A stretch of DNA of 64,000 nucleotides from Octopus sinensis (taxonomy: Eukaryota). Positions 13,600 through 25,520 of this stretch are shown here, one piece after another. The notes under the pieces were generated by a model. That model was given only the letters and a program-made list of their open reading frames with translations. It was not told the origin of the DNA and made no database searches. The position numbers and the translations under genes are program-made. Position 1 is the first letter of the stretch, and the number at the start of each line of letters is the position of its first letter. The stretch is from assembly GCF_006345805.1 (NCBI RefSeq), contig NC_042998.1:103106001-103170000 (forward strand), in the 5' to 3' direction.

Positions 13600-15100
13600 T
13601 ATATAGTGAAGTAAGCATATCTGGAGAGGAGAAAACTATTGTACCTATTGCATATACCCTTAGCTTGTGAACCCGAAGATTGTTTTCAGTGGGATTTTAA
13701 TTTTATGACATTTACTTAAGCGTTCTGCTACAGGTGCCTAATTACTCTCTAGGTTTCATGAAACTACTTGATTGCTCATTATTAAAGCCGGTTACTTCCA
13801 AACATTGTTGACATTTTTCAGTCAACCAGCCTGTGGTGAGCATTACATCCTCCACTATATAACATTAGAAATGTTCATAGAGTGTCAACTTTTTCTTTAT
13901 ATATGGTTTATACTTTCAGAGTAGGAGGTTCTGACACTAGTTCCACATATCTGGTTCAATCATCAACTTCACGAGTTTATTATTTACTCAGTTATCGAAT
14001 AAGTTGAGTAGACAATCGTTGCACTTCCACTGCAACTGGAATTTAAGACTCTCAGTGGGAGCAGGCTTCGCTTTCTGGGTTTGCTAGCTTGTTTCTTGTT
14101 GTATTCATTTATTTCCTTTCTACCTTCCTTTTTGGCCGATTCCGTCACTTTCTTCTTCATTGTAACAAAACAGTGGGTGAATGGTGCAAGTGAAAAGGCC
14201 TCTTAGTCTTTGCCATAATAATTGTCAGATGATTAGTTTCCTGGTCGTCGATTGACTTTCTGGTCATTTTCGTGTCGCCTTCTTGTTCGCCTGCACTTCA
14301 AACTAAGAACAATGTGTACTAATCCACTGTTTCTGAAACTGCAACAGGCTGTGCCGTAAAACTAGTAGTTTATGTGGCCCGCTTTTGTTCTTTCCCCCGT
14401 TCTGCTAATCTTTTCTCTGACTTCTTTTGAGTATAAAGGCTTCTAGCTGTTCAAATCTCACAGCTGAACTTCTTTCCCTACACTGGCTGTCTCAATGTTT
14501 TGTTTTTCCTTAAGTCAATAACGGTGATAGATCCAAAATGGTGCTTTAGTCTTGTGGAGTTATATAAATTTACATGTTCATGCTGAACCTCAGTGTCCAC
14601 ATATACAACTTGGTAGTAATTTGGGAGTTATCGAGTGCCTTACATTTCAGGAAAGATGATGGATAGTAAGGGTTAACATCTTTTACAGATACACTTTGTG
14701 CAACGTACCAGCACTACCTACCTCTGTGTCTTCTACTCAATTTTGGAAACTATACAAACCATCCCGTAGTCTCTCCTTAGGCTGATGAATATGCTACTGC
14801 TTCACACGACATCCAGAGCTAGCTCTAGTAACTCTAGAGTTTGGCGAGCACAATGAATACCTCACCATCTTTGGTAATATAGAGGTATGTCACCTTCTTT
14901 CTTGCCGGTTTCTCTGTACTTTATCACGGGAGGTGAAACTCTCGTAACACATGTATGTTGTTTTTCTCTCTTCTGTCCATATCTATGAAAAGGTTCATTG
15001 TGGTTAATCACGAAATAAAATATCATAATATTCTTAGTAAATTTCTTAGTCTCTTCTTTTGACAAATTTTGCAGGTTTGCTGCATCAGTTTATTTATTAT
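13600..15100 (-). mobile_element. Heavily degraded non-LTR retrotransposon C-terminal region, possibly RLE-type
   Basis: Scattered minus-strand remnants such as VTYLYITKDG (resembling YLYxxxxxGGLG) with many stops. Assignment is tentative. Confidence 0.3.
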
Positions 15101-16092
15101 TATTTATTATTTACTATTCTTATTCTTTAGTGGTAATACGTATCGTGTCTGTTTATGTAAACTTAAACCTACAACATAATTCTACGTACCTCTCCACGCT
15201 CACGACTTGTTTGTAGTGAGCTGTAAATGTGACAAATAATTATGATTCAGAGTCTTTACAAATGTTTTTGGACATAATACTTGTTTCTTCTTTCCAATTA
15301 TTGTTTTTATGTGCGGAGGCAACCAGTTTTTATTGTCTTTGTCATCTGAGCCTAAAACTTAAAATCCTGGCTTGCACTTCCATTTACTTTGCCCTGCTGA
15401 TGAAGAATATATAAATGCATACTTAGGCCTAGGGTCCCGCGACTTAGTACTCATGTGGAAGCTGGCTCCTTTTTATGAGGAAGTTGTTATTTTTCTCTTT
15501 GCACGAGTAAGGAGACAGTCTTTTACAATATGCTCTCCCAGGCACTTTTCCCAGAAGCTAACTGTTGCTCAGCGCTTCCCTCTCAGAACGGCAAAAGATA
15601 CATTGGTGTTGTCTTCGTTGTTAAAAATACTTTTTTACTTCATTTTCTTTTATCATTTGTGCTTGTCAAATCATTAATATTTGTGTTATAATATTAGTCT
15701 CTTTAACATCTATTGCTAATCTCTTTTTCATCTTTTTTATGAAAAACTGTATTTCCTATTACTGTGTTTGTTGTAATCATGTTATTTCGCTCGAAACAAT
15801 GTTATTTCGCTCGAAACAATCATCAATGTCACAGGTAAGTAATGTTTTCTAAAACTATAACAATATATTCATTGTACAAAATCAATTTCATTCTTCCGCC
15901 TCAGGGAAATGCATCGGAAGCTGAAGTGTCCAAAATGTTGTTTACAAAATAAGCACAATTTTTTTCTAGCATTTAGGCGTGATAAAATCCTTTGCGCCAT
16001 CAAAGGCGCCCGTTCATTGTTAAAGCTATAATAGTGATTACAATAACAAAACTAATATTACTATAAAATGTCATTATAATTTGCTATAATCT

Positions 16093-16555
16093 TAGGGCGG
16101 CGAGCTAGCAGAATCGTTAGCCCGCCGGATAAAATGCTTAGCAACATTTCGTCTGTCTTTACGTTAGGAGTTCAAATTCCGCTAAGGTTGATTTTTGCCT
16201 TTAATCCCTTTGGGGAGAGGGCGTCGATTGAATGAGTACCGGTTATACACTGGGGTCGATTTAACCGATTTATCTCCTCCCAAAAGATTTCAGGCGTTTT
16301 GCCTATAGTAGAAAGGATTATTAGTTACAATTTTGAGGTGGCGAGTTGGCAGAACCGTTAATATACCGGACAAACTATTCCGCGGCATTTTTCTGACTTA
16401 ACGTTTTGAGTTCAAATTCCGCTTAGGTCAACTTTGTCTTTCATCCTTTCGAGGTCAATGACATACATACTTGTTGAACACTGAGGTCGATGTAATCAAC
16501 TAACTCCTTCCCTCAAAGCTTCAAGCTTTGTGCCTATAATAGAAAGTATTATTAT
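16093..16555 (+). mobile_element. Two adjacent diverged SINE family B copies (about 16093-16325, about 16335-16555)
   Basis: Head ggcggcgagct(a/g)gcagaa…gttcaaattccg…ggggtcgat and tail gtgcctata(g/a)tagaaa. Confidence 0.8.
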
Positions 16556-16597
16556 TTAAAATACCTTTCTCTCTCTCTCTTCTCCCTCTCTCTTTCT

Positions 16598-16648
<51 letters not shown>

Positions 16649-17519
16649 GTGTGTGAGAGAGTGTGTGTGCGTATGTATATCACACAGATATATAAAAAAA
16701 ACTGACATGCAACACAATGGTGAGCCGCAATCTTTGTTGGATCATGTCACTCCACGACTGTGATCATCTACTCAGTACTGAAAGGAGTAAGTGCCAAAAT
16801 TACCACTGCTTTGCTGCAAGTGTTAACGACCGAATTAGTCATCATTTATAATTAGTAATATAAGATCCAGATCTCCCCTCGTTTCTGTACCAACTTACGG
16901 GCAGATAGGGAGTACTCGTTTCATCTACTTTCGTGTCTTATACTCAGTCTTTCTCATACTTTCCTATGCTCAGCTTAAAAATTCTGTTCATTTATTTTAG
17001 AGAGAATATTCGTTTCACGTACCTCGAATATGGACGGGCCGCAGTATATGGAATCATGTAATAGTTACTGCCGATGTTGCTACCGTTGTTAGTTTTGTTT
17101 GTTGTTGCTGTTGCTATTGCTGTTACTGTCGTTATCTTCCAAATCATTTGAATATTTGGGACATTTTGTTCGATTAATTTGTTCAATACGCTATTCATTT
17201 TTTTCTTCGCGTACATTTAGTTACGACTTGATTTTTTTGTGCGTCTATGGGAAGGGGTGTTGTTTTCTTTTTTAGTCATTGTAGTGTTTTGTTGTGTGGG
17301 ATAATTATGTGGTAGTTGTTTTGAATGTGAAAACAAATTGTTAAAGTTTGTGAAACAAACAATTTTTTTTCTTTCTGTTCACTATCCCAGGATAACGAAG
17401 GCAACCCTTCATTTGTCTAATGTGGTTCTTTTCCAAGTACCCGCAAGGAAAATTTCATTTAGTAATGCCTGAAAGAGGACGTCTTTTGGAAACATCGTTA
17501 TTATGCGAGGAAAGAGGAG

Positions 17520-17666
17520 GAGTCAAATTGAGAAGAAGAAGAAGAAGAAGAAGAAGAAGAAGAAGAAGAGGGGGAGGAGGGGGAGAAGAAGAAGAATAAT
17601 AAGAAGGAGGAGGATGAGGAGGAGGAGGAGGAGGGGAGAAGAAGAAGAATAAGAAGGAGGAGGAGG

Positions 17667-17699
<33 letters not shown>

Positions 17700-17757
17700 A
17701 GAAGAAGAAGAAGAGAAGAAGAAGAAGAAGAAGAAGAAGAAAAAGAAGAAGAAGAAT
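17520..17757. repeat. (GAA/GGA)n polypurine tract
   Basis: Direct reading. Confidence 0.95.
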
Positions 17758-18861
17758 CGATGGCAAACGCGTAAGTCCTAACATTCCATTTGTGGAGAAG
17801 GAATGACGAAATCGACTGCGGCACTCGAATGCTACTTCATGTTCTCGACCTCTATGGGATGAAAGCAATTGTAACTTCAAAGAGGAGTGGGTTTCATGCT
17901 CAATATTTTCAAACAACTGTAAGGGAAATGTAGTCTGACAATCAGAAGGTTTGAATTTCAGTTTTTATTTGAAACATATAACTGAATTAAATGACCACAA
18001 TACATTCTTCAAACTGTTTTCTCAGACCGCAAATAGATTGAACATGGAGTGGACACCACAATATTAGATAATGACGCACTGGTAGTGGATGGGTTTCGTT
18101 TTAAGAGTATATTTTAAAAAGGTATTTAGATAAATACTTCATTAATTCTACTAATTTGACAACCTCTCAAATAAAATGTTAAGATTATAGTTATTGGAAA
18201 ACTCTTTAAATTTTCGATTTGACAACTGCATTCATTCTTTGATAAGAATAAGAAAAACAAACAAAAACAAGAAAAAAGACAAATAACGTAAATGTTTAAA
18301 ACGAGGAAATGCTTTAGCATAATATTTCATCTATCAAATTATTTTGTGGAGCCAACACGGAATACATATAAATAATTGAATTTTTGTTTAAATGATTGCA
18401 TATGTAATGCATACATAGGTGTACAAAACACAAAAATAAAAAAGATAATCCTACTATACATATGTGTGTGTATGTGTGTGTGTGAAATCGTGTATGCTTA
18501 ATACATTCACATTTATCTAAGTATTATTACAAACGTGACTGGACTTTAAACTATAGATATTTTTTCGGATTTTAAATTAGATATCTACTTATTAGAATCC
18601 TATTTCGTTCTGAAGAATCGGTTAAATCGACTCAATTTTCCACTTGATGTGATTTATTCTCTTAATCATGCAGTAAACATCTGTAAATAAATTCTAATCA
18701 CATACATTGGACAGTAATATACTACTTTCACAGTAGAAATGAAAATGAGGAGAAATGTTTTCATGACAGAGATGAGAAAGAAATCGCTTGATATTCATTT
18801 GCAAACGCGCTTCATCAAGTACAGCATTGCCAGCTAAAAGTAGTTAGATATGTAATAGCTT

Positions 18862-19210
18862 TAAGGCAGCGAGCTGGCAGAAACGTTAGCACGCCGGGCG
18901 AAATGCTTAGTGGTATTTCGTCTGCCGTTACGTTCTGAGTTCAAATTCCGCCGAGGTCGACTTTGCTTTTCATCTTTTCAGGGTCGATTAAATAAGTACC
19001 AGTTACGCACTGGGGTCGATGTAATCGACTTAATACCTATGCCTGTCCTTGTTTGTCCACTCTAGTTTAGCCCCTTGTGGGTAATAAAGAAATAGGTATT
19101 TAATCTGAGTTCAAATTCCGCTAAGGTCGAAATTGCCCCGCGTGCTGGGGTCACTCTAATCGACTGGACCCCTCCCAAACAATTTCGGGCCTTGTGCCTG
19201 GAGTAGCAAA
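18862..19210 (+). mobile_element. SINE family B with partial internal duplication
   Basis: aaggcagcgagctggcagaaacgttagcacgccgggcg…gagttcaaattccg occurs twice. Confidence 0.85.
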
Positions 19211-19374
19211 GAATATTTAAGAGCTTTACTCTTATTTATACATCCTATACTTTTATAGAATAACAAGAATCTGCACGCACATTTACACAAACACATTGGA
19301 ACACTAACATGCAATGACTCTGACGTGCACACACACACACACACAAAAATATAGGTATATGTTCGTGCATACGT

Positions 19375-19446
<72 letters not shown>

Positions 19447-19525
19447 TAGATGTAGACACACACACAAACGATTATATATATATATATATAGTTTAGTTAA
19501 TAAATTATTGTTTAATCCTCTCTAG

Positions 19526-19598
19526 AATTAAGACTGAATTAAGACCTACTGACACCGTCGGATTGAATGGTACTGCCCAGGTGTCGAAACCACAGTGA
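19526..19598 (+). CDS. Possible terminal coding exon (…IKTELRPTDTVGLNGTAQVSKPQ*), unknown protein
   Basis: Acceptor ttgtttaatcctctctAG| followed by a non-repetitive open frame to TGA at 19596-19598. No recognisable homology. Confidence 0.25.
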
Positions 19599-19949
19599 TA
19601 TCCGTGGAGCAGCTGATGATGGAAGTATGTTGAATTATTGGTATGGCTGTTATTGTATGTGCGGAATAGTATTATAACACATCCATTTGATATATATATA
19701 TATATATACACGTATGCATGTCTGTATGTATGCATATATCTATGTGTATAATTATATATATTTGTATCTATAAACGTATATAATTAATACATATGTATAT
19801 GCATTTGTATGTGCGTATGTAAGTATATTTGTATATATGCATGTATACATGTGTATATACATACATACATATATACGTATATACATACACACATACATAC
19901 ATACACACATACATACATACATACATACATACATACATACATACATACA

Positions 19950-19979
<30 letters not shown>

Positions 19980-19980
<1 letters not shown>

Positions 19981-20675
19981 GGACAACAACATAAGCTGAG
20001 CTACTCATATAAATAGCAAAGTTGACATGGCCCGCAGAATGTGTTCCTGGATTCTCAGAACTTTCCAGTCGAGAGATATCCACATCATTATCCTTCTCTT
20101 CTCTACTTTTGCCCGACCCTACCTTGAATAATGTTGTACACAGTTGTCTCCCCACACGAAACCAAGTATCATGAAAGCTGATGCACCTTAAAGTTCAATT
20201 ACAAAACAGATTGATGGCATGATAGGCCTTGACTATTGGGGTCGAGTAGAAAAGCTCAAGTTTTATTCTCTTCAACGCTGCCATGAGCGCTACATCATCC
20301 TCATGATGTGGAAAATATTCCATCAGATGTTGGCATCGCCTTTAAGATACACCTGAGACTTGGATGCTGTACTATCCGCCCACAACATAAATACTCACAT
20401 CACATAACAATGCGGCACAATTATTTCACCTCGAATAACCCCGCTCTCTTTAACATTACACCAAAACACAGAAAGTGACGCCATAAAGTGCAAGTCTTTG
20501 GACAAATTCCTTTAAAAATCCAGGATAAACCTCCTAAACCCGGATATGTCTCAGTAAAAACTAACTCTCTCCTTGAGTGGGCCATATTGTCCAATTCCTG
20601 ATTTGAATGATTTAGCGAGGTGGTGCTATTAAGTTAGACAGGGCCTGGGCCAATACTGGCCCAACCTATCAAAGT
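19980..20675 (+). mobile_element. CR1/L2-like LINE 3' end (same type as 1-520 and 63755-64000)
   Basis: Remnants HINSKVDMARRMCSWILRTFQSRD…LFSTFARPYLE…LDYWGRVEKLKFYSLQRCHERY, then a 3' UTR ending ggcctgggccaatactggccc. Confidence 0.8.
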
Positions 20676-20717
20676 ATGCATGTATATATACGTATATATA
20701 TACATATATATATATAT

Positions 20718-21572
20718 GTATAATTAATATAGGATAAAATTTTTTTCGGGAAAAATATTTTATCAATGGCCAGCATATCAAAAAATGCCTTTAAAGGTAA
20801 AATTTATACATAATTTACAAGATAAGGGCAGAAGAAAAATTCTAATGCCAGATAGGCCCAAACAAAAAATTGTCGCTAACCATTAAATTTATGCGTCTCG
20901 AAACAAACCAATAGAAAGCTCAAAAAAATTGTTATTACCGTATTGGTCCAATTTCGGGATTAATTCGCAAAAAATGTTCCCCTCTTCAGCGGAAAATACG
21001 CGAGATATAAATGAAATACTTACTCATACCCATGGAAGAAGCAAGCACCAAGTCCCGTGTAGACTTAAGTACCCCAAATATATCCAAAATAGAAAAATAT
21101 TCGGCGCACCTCGAGACACGTGTGATTCGAACTAGAAACTTTCACAGAGTGATAGAATCCGAAATTGAACACTAATCTATTTATAATTAATATAGGATAA
21201 CATTTTTTTCGGGAAGAATTTTTTATCAATGGCCAGCATATCAAAAAATGCCTTTAAAGGTAAAATTTATACATAATTTACAAGATAAGGGCAGAAGAAA
21301 AATTCTAATGCCAGATACGCCGAAACAAAAAATTGTCGATAACCATTAAATTTATGCGTCTCGAAACAAACCGATAGAAATCTCTAAGAAATTCGTTATT
21401 ACCGTATTGGTCCAATTTCCGGCTTAATTCACAAGAAATTGGACCAATACGGTAATAATGAATTTTTTAGAGATTTCTATCGGTTTGTTTCGAGACGCAT
21501 AAATTTAATGGTTATCGACAATTTTTTTGTTTCGGCGTATCTGGCATTGGAATTTTTATCTTGTAAATAAAG
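20718..21572 (-). mobile_element. PLE-type insertion: two direct pseudo-LTR copies (period 464 bp) plus a terminal foldback
   Basis: 20720-20975 is repeated at 21185-21430; about 21437-21572 is the reverse complement of about 21300-21419. Confidence 0.75.
20938..20992 (-). ncRNA. Type I hammerhead ribozyme with palindromic stem III
   Basis: Minus strand: ccg-CTGAAGA-gggga…tccc-GAAA-ttgg(a)ccaa-TA^-cgg. Confidence 0.72.
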
Positions 21573-21646
21573 TATATATATATATGTGTGTGTGTGTGTA
21601 TATACGCGTATGTGTATATATATATACATACATACATACATGTACA

Positions 21647-21679
<33 letters not shown>

Positions 21680-22515
21680 AATTGGTAATGCAATACTAGA
21701 GTATTGCTTTCCAGTAAAGAATAGCCCGTGAGGGAAAAATATACAAAGAAGTAAATACATGGCACAACGAAGTACCGATATTTACTGGAAATAGCGAACG
21801 TAATAATACGACGCTAATGTATAGCTTCACCGCGTATGTACTAGCAAAAATGCGTGTGTGCAACAAACTAGAAAAAATTGTCTTACCTCCAGGGAGAACG
21901 TTTCGGCGTTTCAGTCGAGTGTAATGGCATTAATGTGGTAACATCTGAAAGGTTGTCGTGGTATATGTTTGGCTGATGAAGATAGATCAAGTTTATGAAG
22001 CTATACATTAGCGTCGTATTATTACGTTCGCTATTTCCAGTAAATATCGGTACTTCGTTGTGCCATGTATTTACTTCTTTGTATATTTTTCCCTTACGGG
22101 CTATATTTTACTGGAAAGCAATACTCTAGTATTGCATTACTAATTTATTGAAACTTCTTCACCGTTCTCGTGCTGTTAGCGTTTCGGCGTTTCAGTCGAG
22201 TGTAATGGCATTAATGTGGTAACATCTGAAAGGTTGTCGTGGTATATGTTTGGCTGATGAAGATAGATCAAGTTTATGGGTGGCAGACATATCTTGAAAA
22301 ATCTGAAACCCGCGCAGGTCCCACATTATCCTTTTCCAGGTATTTCATCTTTCAGATGTTCTCCCTGGAGGTAAGACAATTTTTTCTAGTTTGTTGCACA
22401 CACGCATTTTTGCTAGTACATACGCGGTGAAGCTATACATTAGCGTCGTATTATTACGTTCGCTAATTCTAGTAAATATCGGTACTTCGTTGTGCCATAT
22501 ATTTACTTCTTTGTT
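21680..22515. mobile_element. Complex PLE-type insertion (inverted copy plus partial tandem copies)
   Basis: 21680-21899 is the reverse complement of 22000-22150 and 22350-22510. Direct repeat 21899-21996 / 22181-22277. Confidence 0.72.
22246..22326 (+). ncRNA. Type I hammerhead ribozyme with extended stem II and a closed stem III
   Basis: atg(tt)tgg-CTGATGA-agat…tcaag…tatg…cata…cttga…atct-GAAA-cc(cgcgca)gg-TC^-ccacat. A flanking 12-bp helix aacatctgaaag/ctttcagatgtt supports the fold. Confidence 0.75.
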
Positions 22516-22562
<47 letters not shown>

Positions 22563-22569
22563 TGTGTGT

Positions 22570-22865
22570 GGAGGCACACGGCCTAGTGGTTAGGGCAGCG
22601 GACTCGCGGTCGTAGGATCGCGGTTTCGATTCCCAGACCGGGTGTTGTGAGTGTTTATTGACCTTAAACACATAAAAGCTCCACGAGACTCCAGCAGAGG
22701 GTGGTGATCCCTGCTGTACTCTTTCACCACTCTTTCTCCCACTCTTTCTTCTGTTGGCATGCTCGCTTAGCTAGCGGGGTGGCGTCGTTCGAAGGCTAAA
22801 ACATTGCGAACGCTTTGTGACCAGCGATGTGTAACTACATCTGATGGACTGGTCGGTCACGTGAT
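22570..22865 (+). mobile_element. tRNA-derived SINE, family C
   Basis: ggaggcacacggcctagtggttagggcagcggactcgcggtcgtaggatcgcggtttcgattccc is a tRNA-like head. Related copies at 25246 and 50132. Confidence 0.85.
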
Positions 22866-22959
22866 CACATATATATACGCGTATGTGTGTATATATATAA
22901 GTATGTATGCATTTATAAAAAGGGGTTTGTATGAGTGTGTATAGAGGGATATATATTAT

Positions 22960-23270
22960 TCAAAAGAATTCCAACTCTGTTTTTTATGTTTTATTTATAT
23001 TCTTTATAATATTAATGTAGAATATAGAATATATATTATAAATAATATATATATAGTAATATAAAATGAAGTATCGATTGTCCTATTGAATAGATCAAGT
23101 ATTGCATATCAGATATATTCAATATTTCATCTATTCAATAAGATAATCAATACTTCATTTCATTTTACTATATATACTATTTACACTATATATTCTCTAT
23201 TCTATATTAATATTATAAAGAATATAAATAAAACATAAAAAACAGAGTTGGATTTCCTTTGAATAATGTA
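22960..23270. repeat. AT-rich foldback (arms about 140 bp), probably a pseudo-LTR tail
   Basis: tcaaaagaattccaactctgttttttatg… versus …cataaaaaacagagttggatttcctttga. Confidence 0.75.
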
Positions 23271-23289
23271 TATATATATATATATATAC

Positions 23290-23735
23290 ACATATCAGAA
23301 GGAAACCACTAGGTGAATACCCTTATGCTAAAAGTAGATCCGCTATGGTCTTACCACTAAGAAATGTTCTTAAGAAAAATTCAGCAAACAACCAAAACGT
23401 AATCGAGCGAGACAAAAGAAAAGCAATATAAATATAGATTATTCACAGGTCTGAATTTGTGCGGATGTCCCAGTATACAGTTCTGCAAATTATATTCACT
23501 TGTACGGTCACACTGAAGATCTACGGACATCTTACGTAAGTAAAATTACGTAATATGGTAATAGTGAAACATGTATGTGAATAATACATATATTTATTGC
23601 TCTCTTTTGTCTTGCTCGATTACGTTTTGGTTGTTTGCTGAATTTTTCTTGAGAACATTTCTTAGTGGTAACACCATAGCGGATCTACTTCTAGCATAAG
23701 GGTATCCACATAGTGGTTTCACTCTCATATGTATA
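23290..23735. mobile_element. PLE-type foldback insertion (arms about 23290-23447 and 23576-23730)
   Basis: Imperfect inverted repeat enclosing a hammerhead. Confidence 0.75.
23508..23580 (+). ncRNA. Type I hammerhead ribozyme with long stem II
   Basis: tcaca-CTGAAGA-t-cta…cat-ttacgtaa(gtaaaa)ttacgtaa-atg…tag-t-GAAAC-at-GTA^-tgtga. Palindromic stem III ACATGT. Confidence 0.75.
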
Positions 23736-23843
23736 TAATACAATTTTACTGAACCTTCAGTTTTTTAATATGCCAGACCACTGGTGTGAAATTGATCTTA
23801 ATTAAATTAATGTCAAATTTCTCACCCTCATTTTAAATATATA

Positions 23844-23930
<87 letters not shown>

Positions 23931-23999
23931 ACTCAGACTTTAACGTTCCCGGTCGTCGGAAAGTTGTGATGTAGACTTTACACTTATTTTTGTAATTAT

Positions 24000-24250
24000 G
24001 TGCTTACCTGTGTACAAACACGCGCGCGAGCTCACAGTGAACCAGGGAGTATTTTCGGTGCTGATGACCAGAGTTACATTAATCTTCTTCAGAATTTCAT
24101 AAAAAGTAAGTTACAACCCTTTGAACCCATGCAAGTTTAATAAATCGGCAACGGAAGTTGCCGACATGCCTGAATTCGCAATTATCTTTTGTCATGGCAA
24201 CGCCAATAACATGAGATTCTGTTTTTGCTTTTCTGGGCGAAGGAATTGGG
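24000..24250. promoter_or_regulatory. CpG-rich putative promoter / first exon(s)
   Basis: Palindrome tcggcaac-ggaa-gttgccga (24145-24164) containing ETS-like CGGAAGT; X-box-like tttgtcatggcaac (24188-24201); CCAAT (24203-24207). Minus-strand donor CAG|GTAAGC at 24008/24007 and plus-strand donor AAA|GTAAGT near 24106. Confidence 0.45.
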
Positions 24251-24699
24251 AATCGGGAGTAATGCGGCTGTTGAATGAAAACAGTTATTTATACGAAGTA
24301 TGCGTGCAGGATTTATTAGTGCTCTCAGCTGAATTTTCGAAATTGGCAGAGGGTTTCTCGAGGCGAAAATATAAAAAAGCTGTAGAATGTTACATGGACC
24401 GTGGGCAACTTGTAGTGTGTATCGCGAGATATGAGAAGTATTTCCTTAACCTCTGCTATCTCTGGATTGTGACAGACTAGAAACGAGCATTTGACAATGG
24501 ATTCTGTTGGGAACGATATAGAGCGATCGGTGGCGAGCATATTTGCAAATACCAGTTATAGTGCGCTAAAAGTTTCTGCACAGAATAGTGAGCATAATTT
24601 TTTTTTTACTCTTTTTCTTTTTGCTTATATTTCATTGATTAAACAATCTAATCGTGCTTCATGTGTTTCATTAAATTTATTTCATTATATAACAATAAT

Positions 24700-25127
24700 G
24701 ATCTTTTCTACTCTAGGCACAAAGCCCGAAATTTTGGAGAGAGGGCCAGTCGATTAGATTGACCCAAGTGCGCAACTGGTACTTAATTTATCGACCCCGA
24801 AAGGATGAAAAGCAAAGGCGACCTCGACGGGATTTGAACTCAGAACGTAGAGAGACGAGATACCGTTAAGTATTTCGCCCGGCTAACGTTTCTTATTTCT
24901 TTATTGCACACAAAGGGCTGAACATAGAGGGGACAAACAAGGACAGACAAAGAGGTTAAGCCGATTAGATCGATCCCAGTGCGTAACTGCTACTTAATTT
25001 ATCAACCCTGAAAGAATGAAAGGCAAAGTCAACCTCGGCGGAATTTGAACTCAGAGCGTAGAGATAGACGAAATGCCGCAAAGCATTTCGTCCAGCTTGT
25101 TAACGTTTCTGCCAGCTCACCGCCTTA
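24700..25127 (-). mobile_element. SINE family B, tandem/partial copies
   Basis: Reverse complement of the family B head and body. Confidence 0.85.
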
Positions 25128-25151
25128 CATAACAATAATAATGCCGATACT

Positions 25152-25165
25152 GTTTCCATGGAAAC
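25152..25165. promoter_or_regulatory. Perfect RFX X-box GTTTCCATGGAAAC
   Basis: 14-bp palindrome matching the established RFX consensus, extended by ct/ag flanks. Confidence 0.55.
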
Positions 25166-25245
25166 AGACATTTGCGACTCCGAGTATATCGGCAACGGAG
25201 ATGTTTGATTGACTAAAATAATATAAATTAAAATCTTATGAGCGG

Positions 25246-25520
25246 AGGCACATGGCATCGTAGTTAAAGTAGCAGACATGCAGTCGATTTATCGCTGGTT
25301 CGAATCTCAGACTGGGCGATGTGCATATGTTTATGAGCGAAACGCCTAAGCTCAACGCGGCTCCGGCAGAGGGTAATGGCGAACTTTTCACACTTTCTCT
25401 TAGTCTTTCTTTCTAGCAGCTCAGCAGCGACGGACCGGCGTCCTGTCCAGGTGGGGAACCTATACGCCAATGAAACTGGGAAACCGCCCTTTATGAGCCA
25501 GGCATAGATCGGACATTAAT
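25246..25520 (+). mobile_element. tRNA-derived SINE, family C-related variant
   Basis: ggaggcacatggcatcgtagttaaagtagcagac…ggttcgaatctcagactggg. Confidence 0.7.

Noticed and set aside
24055-24095. CTGATGA (+) and CTGAAGA (-) near the promoter; other isolated CTGANGA hits at 2496, 15396 and 46861
   Set aside because: No compatible stem II, GAAA and UH arrangement.
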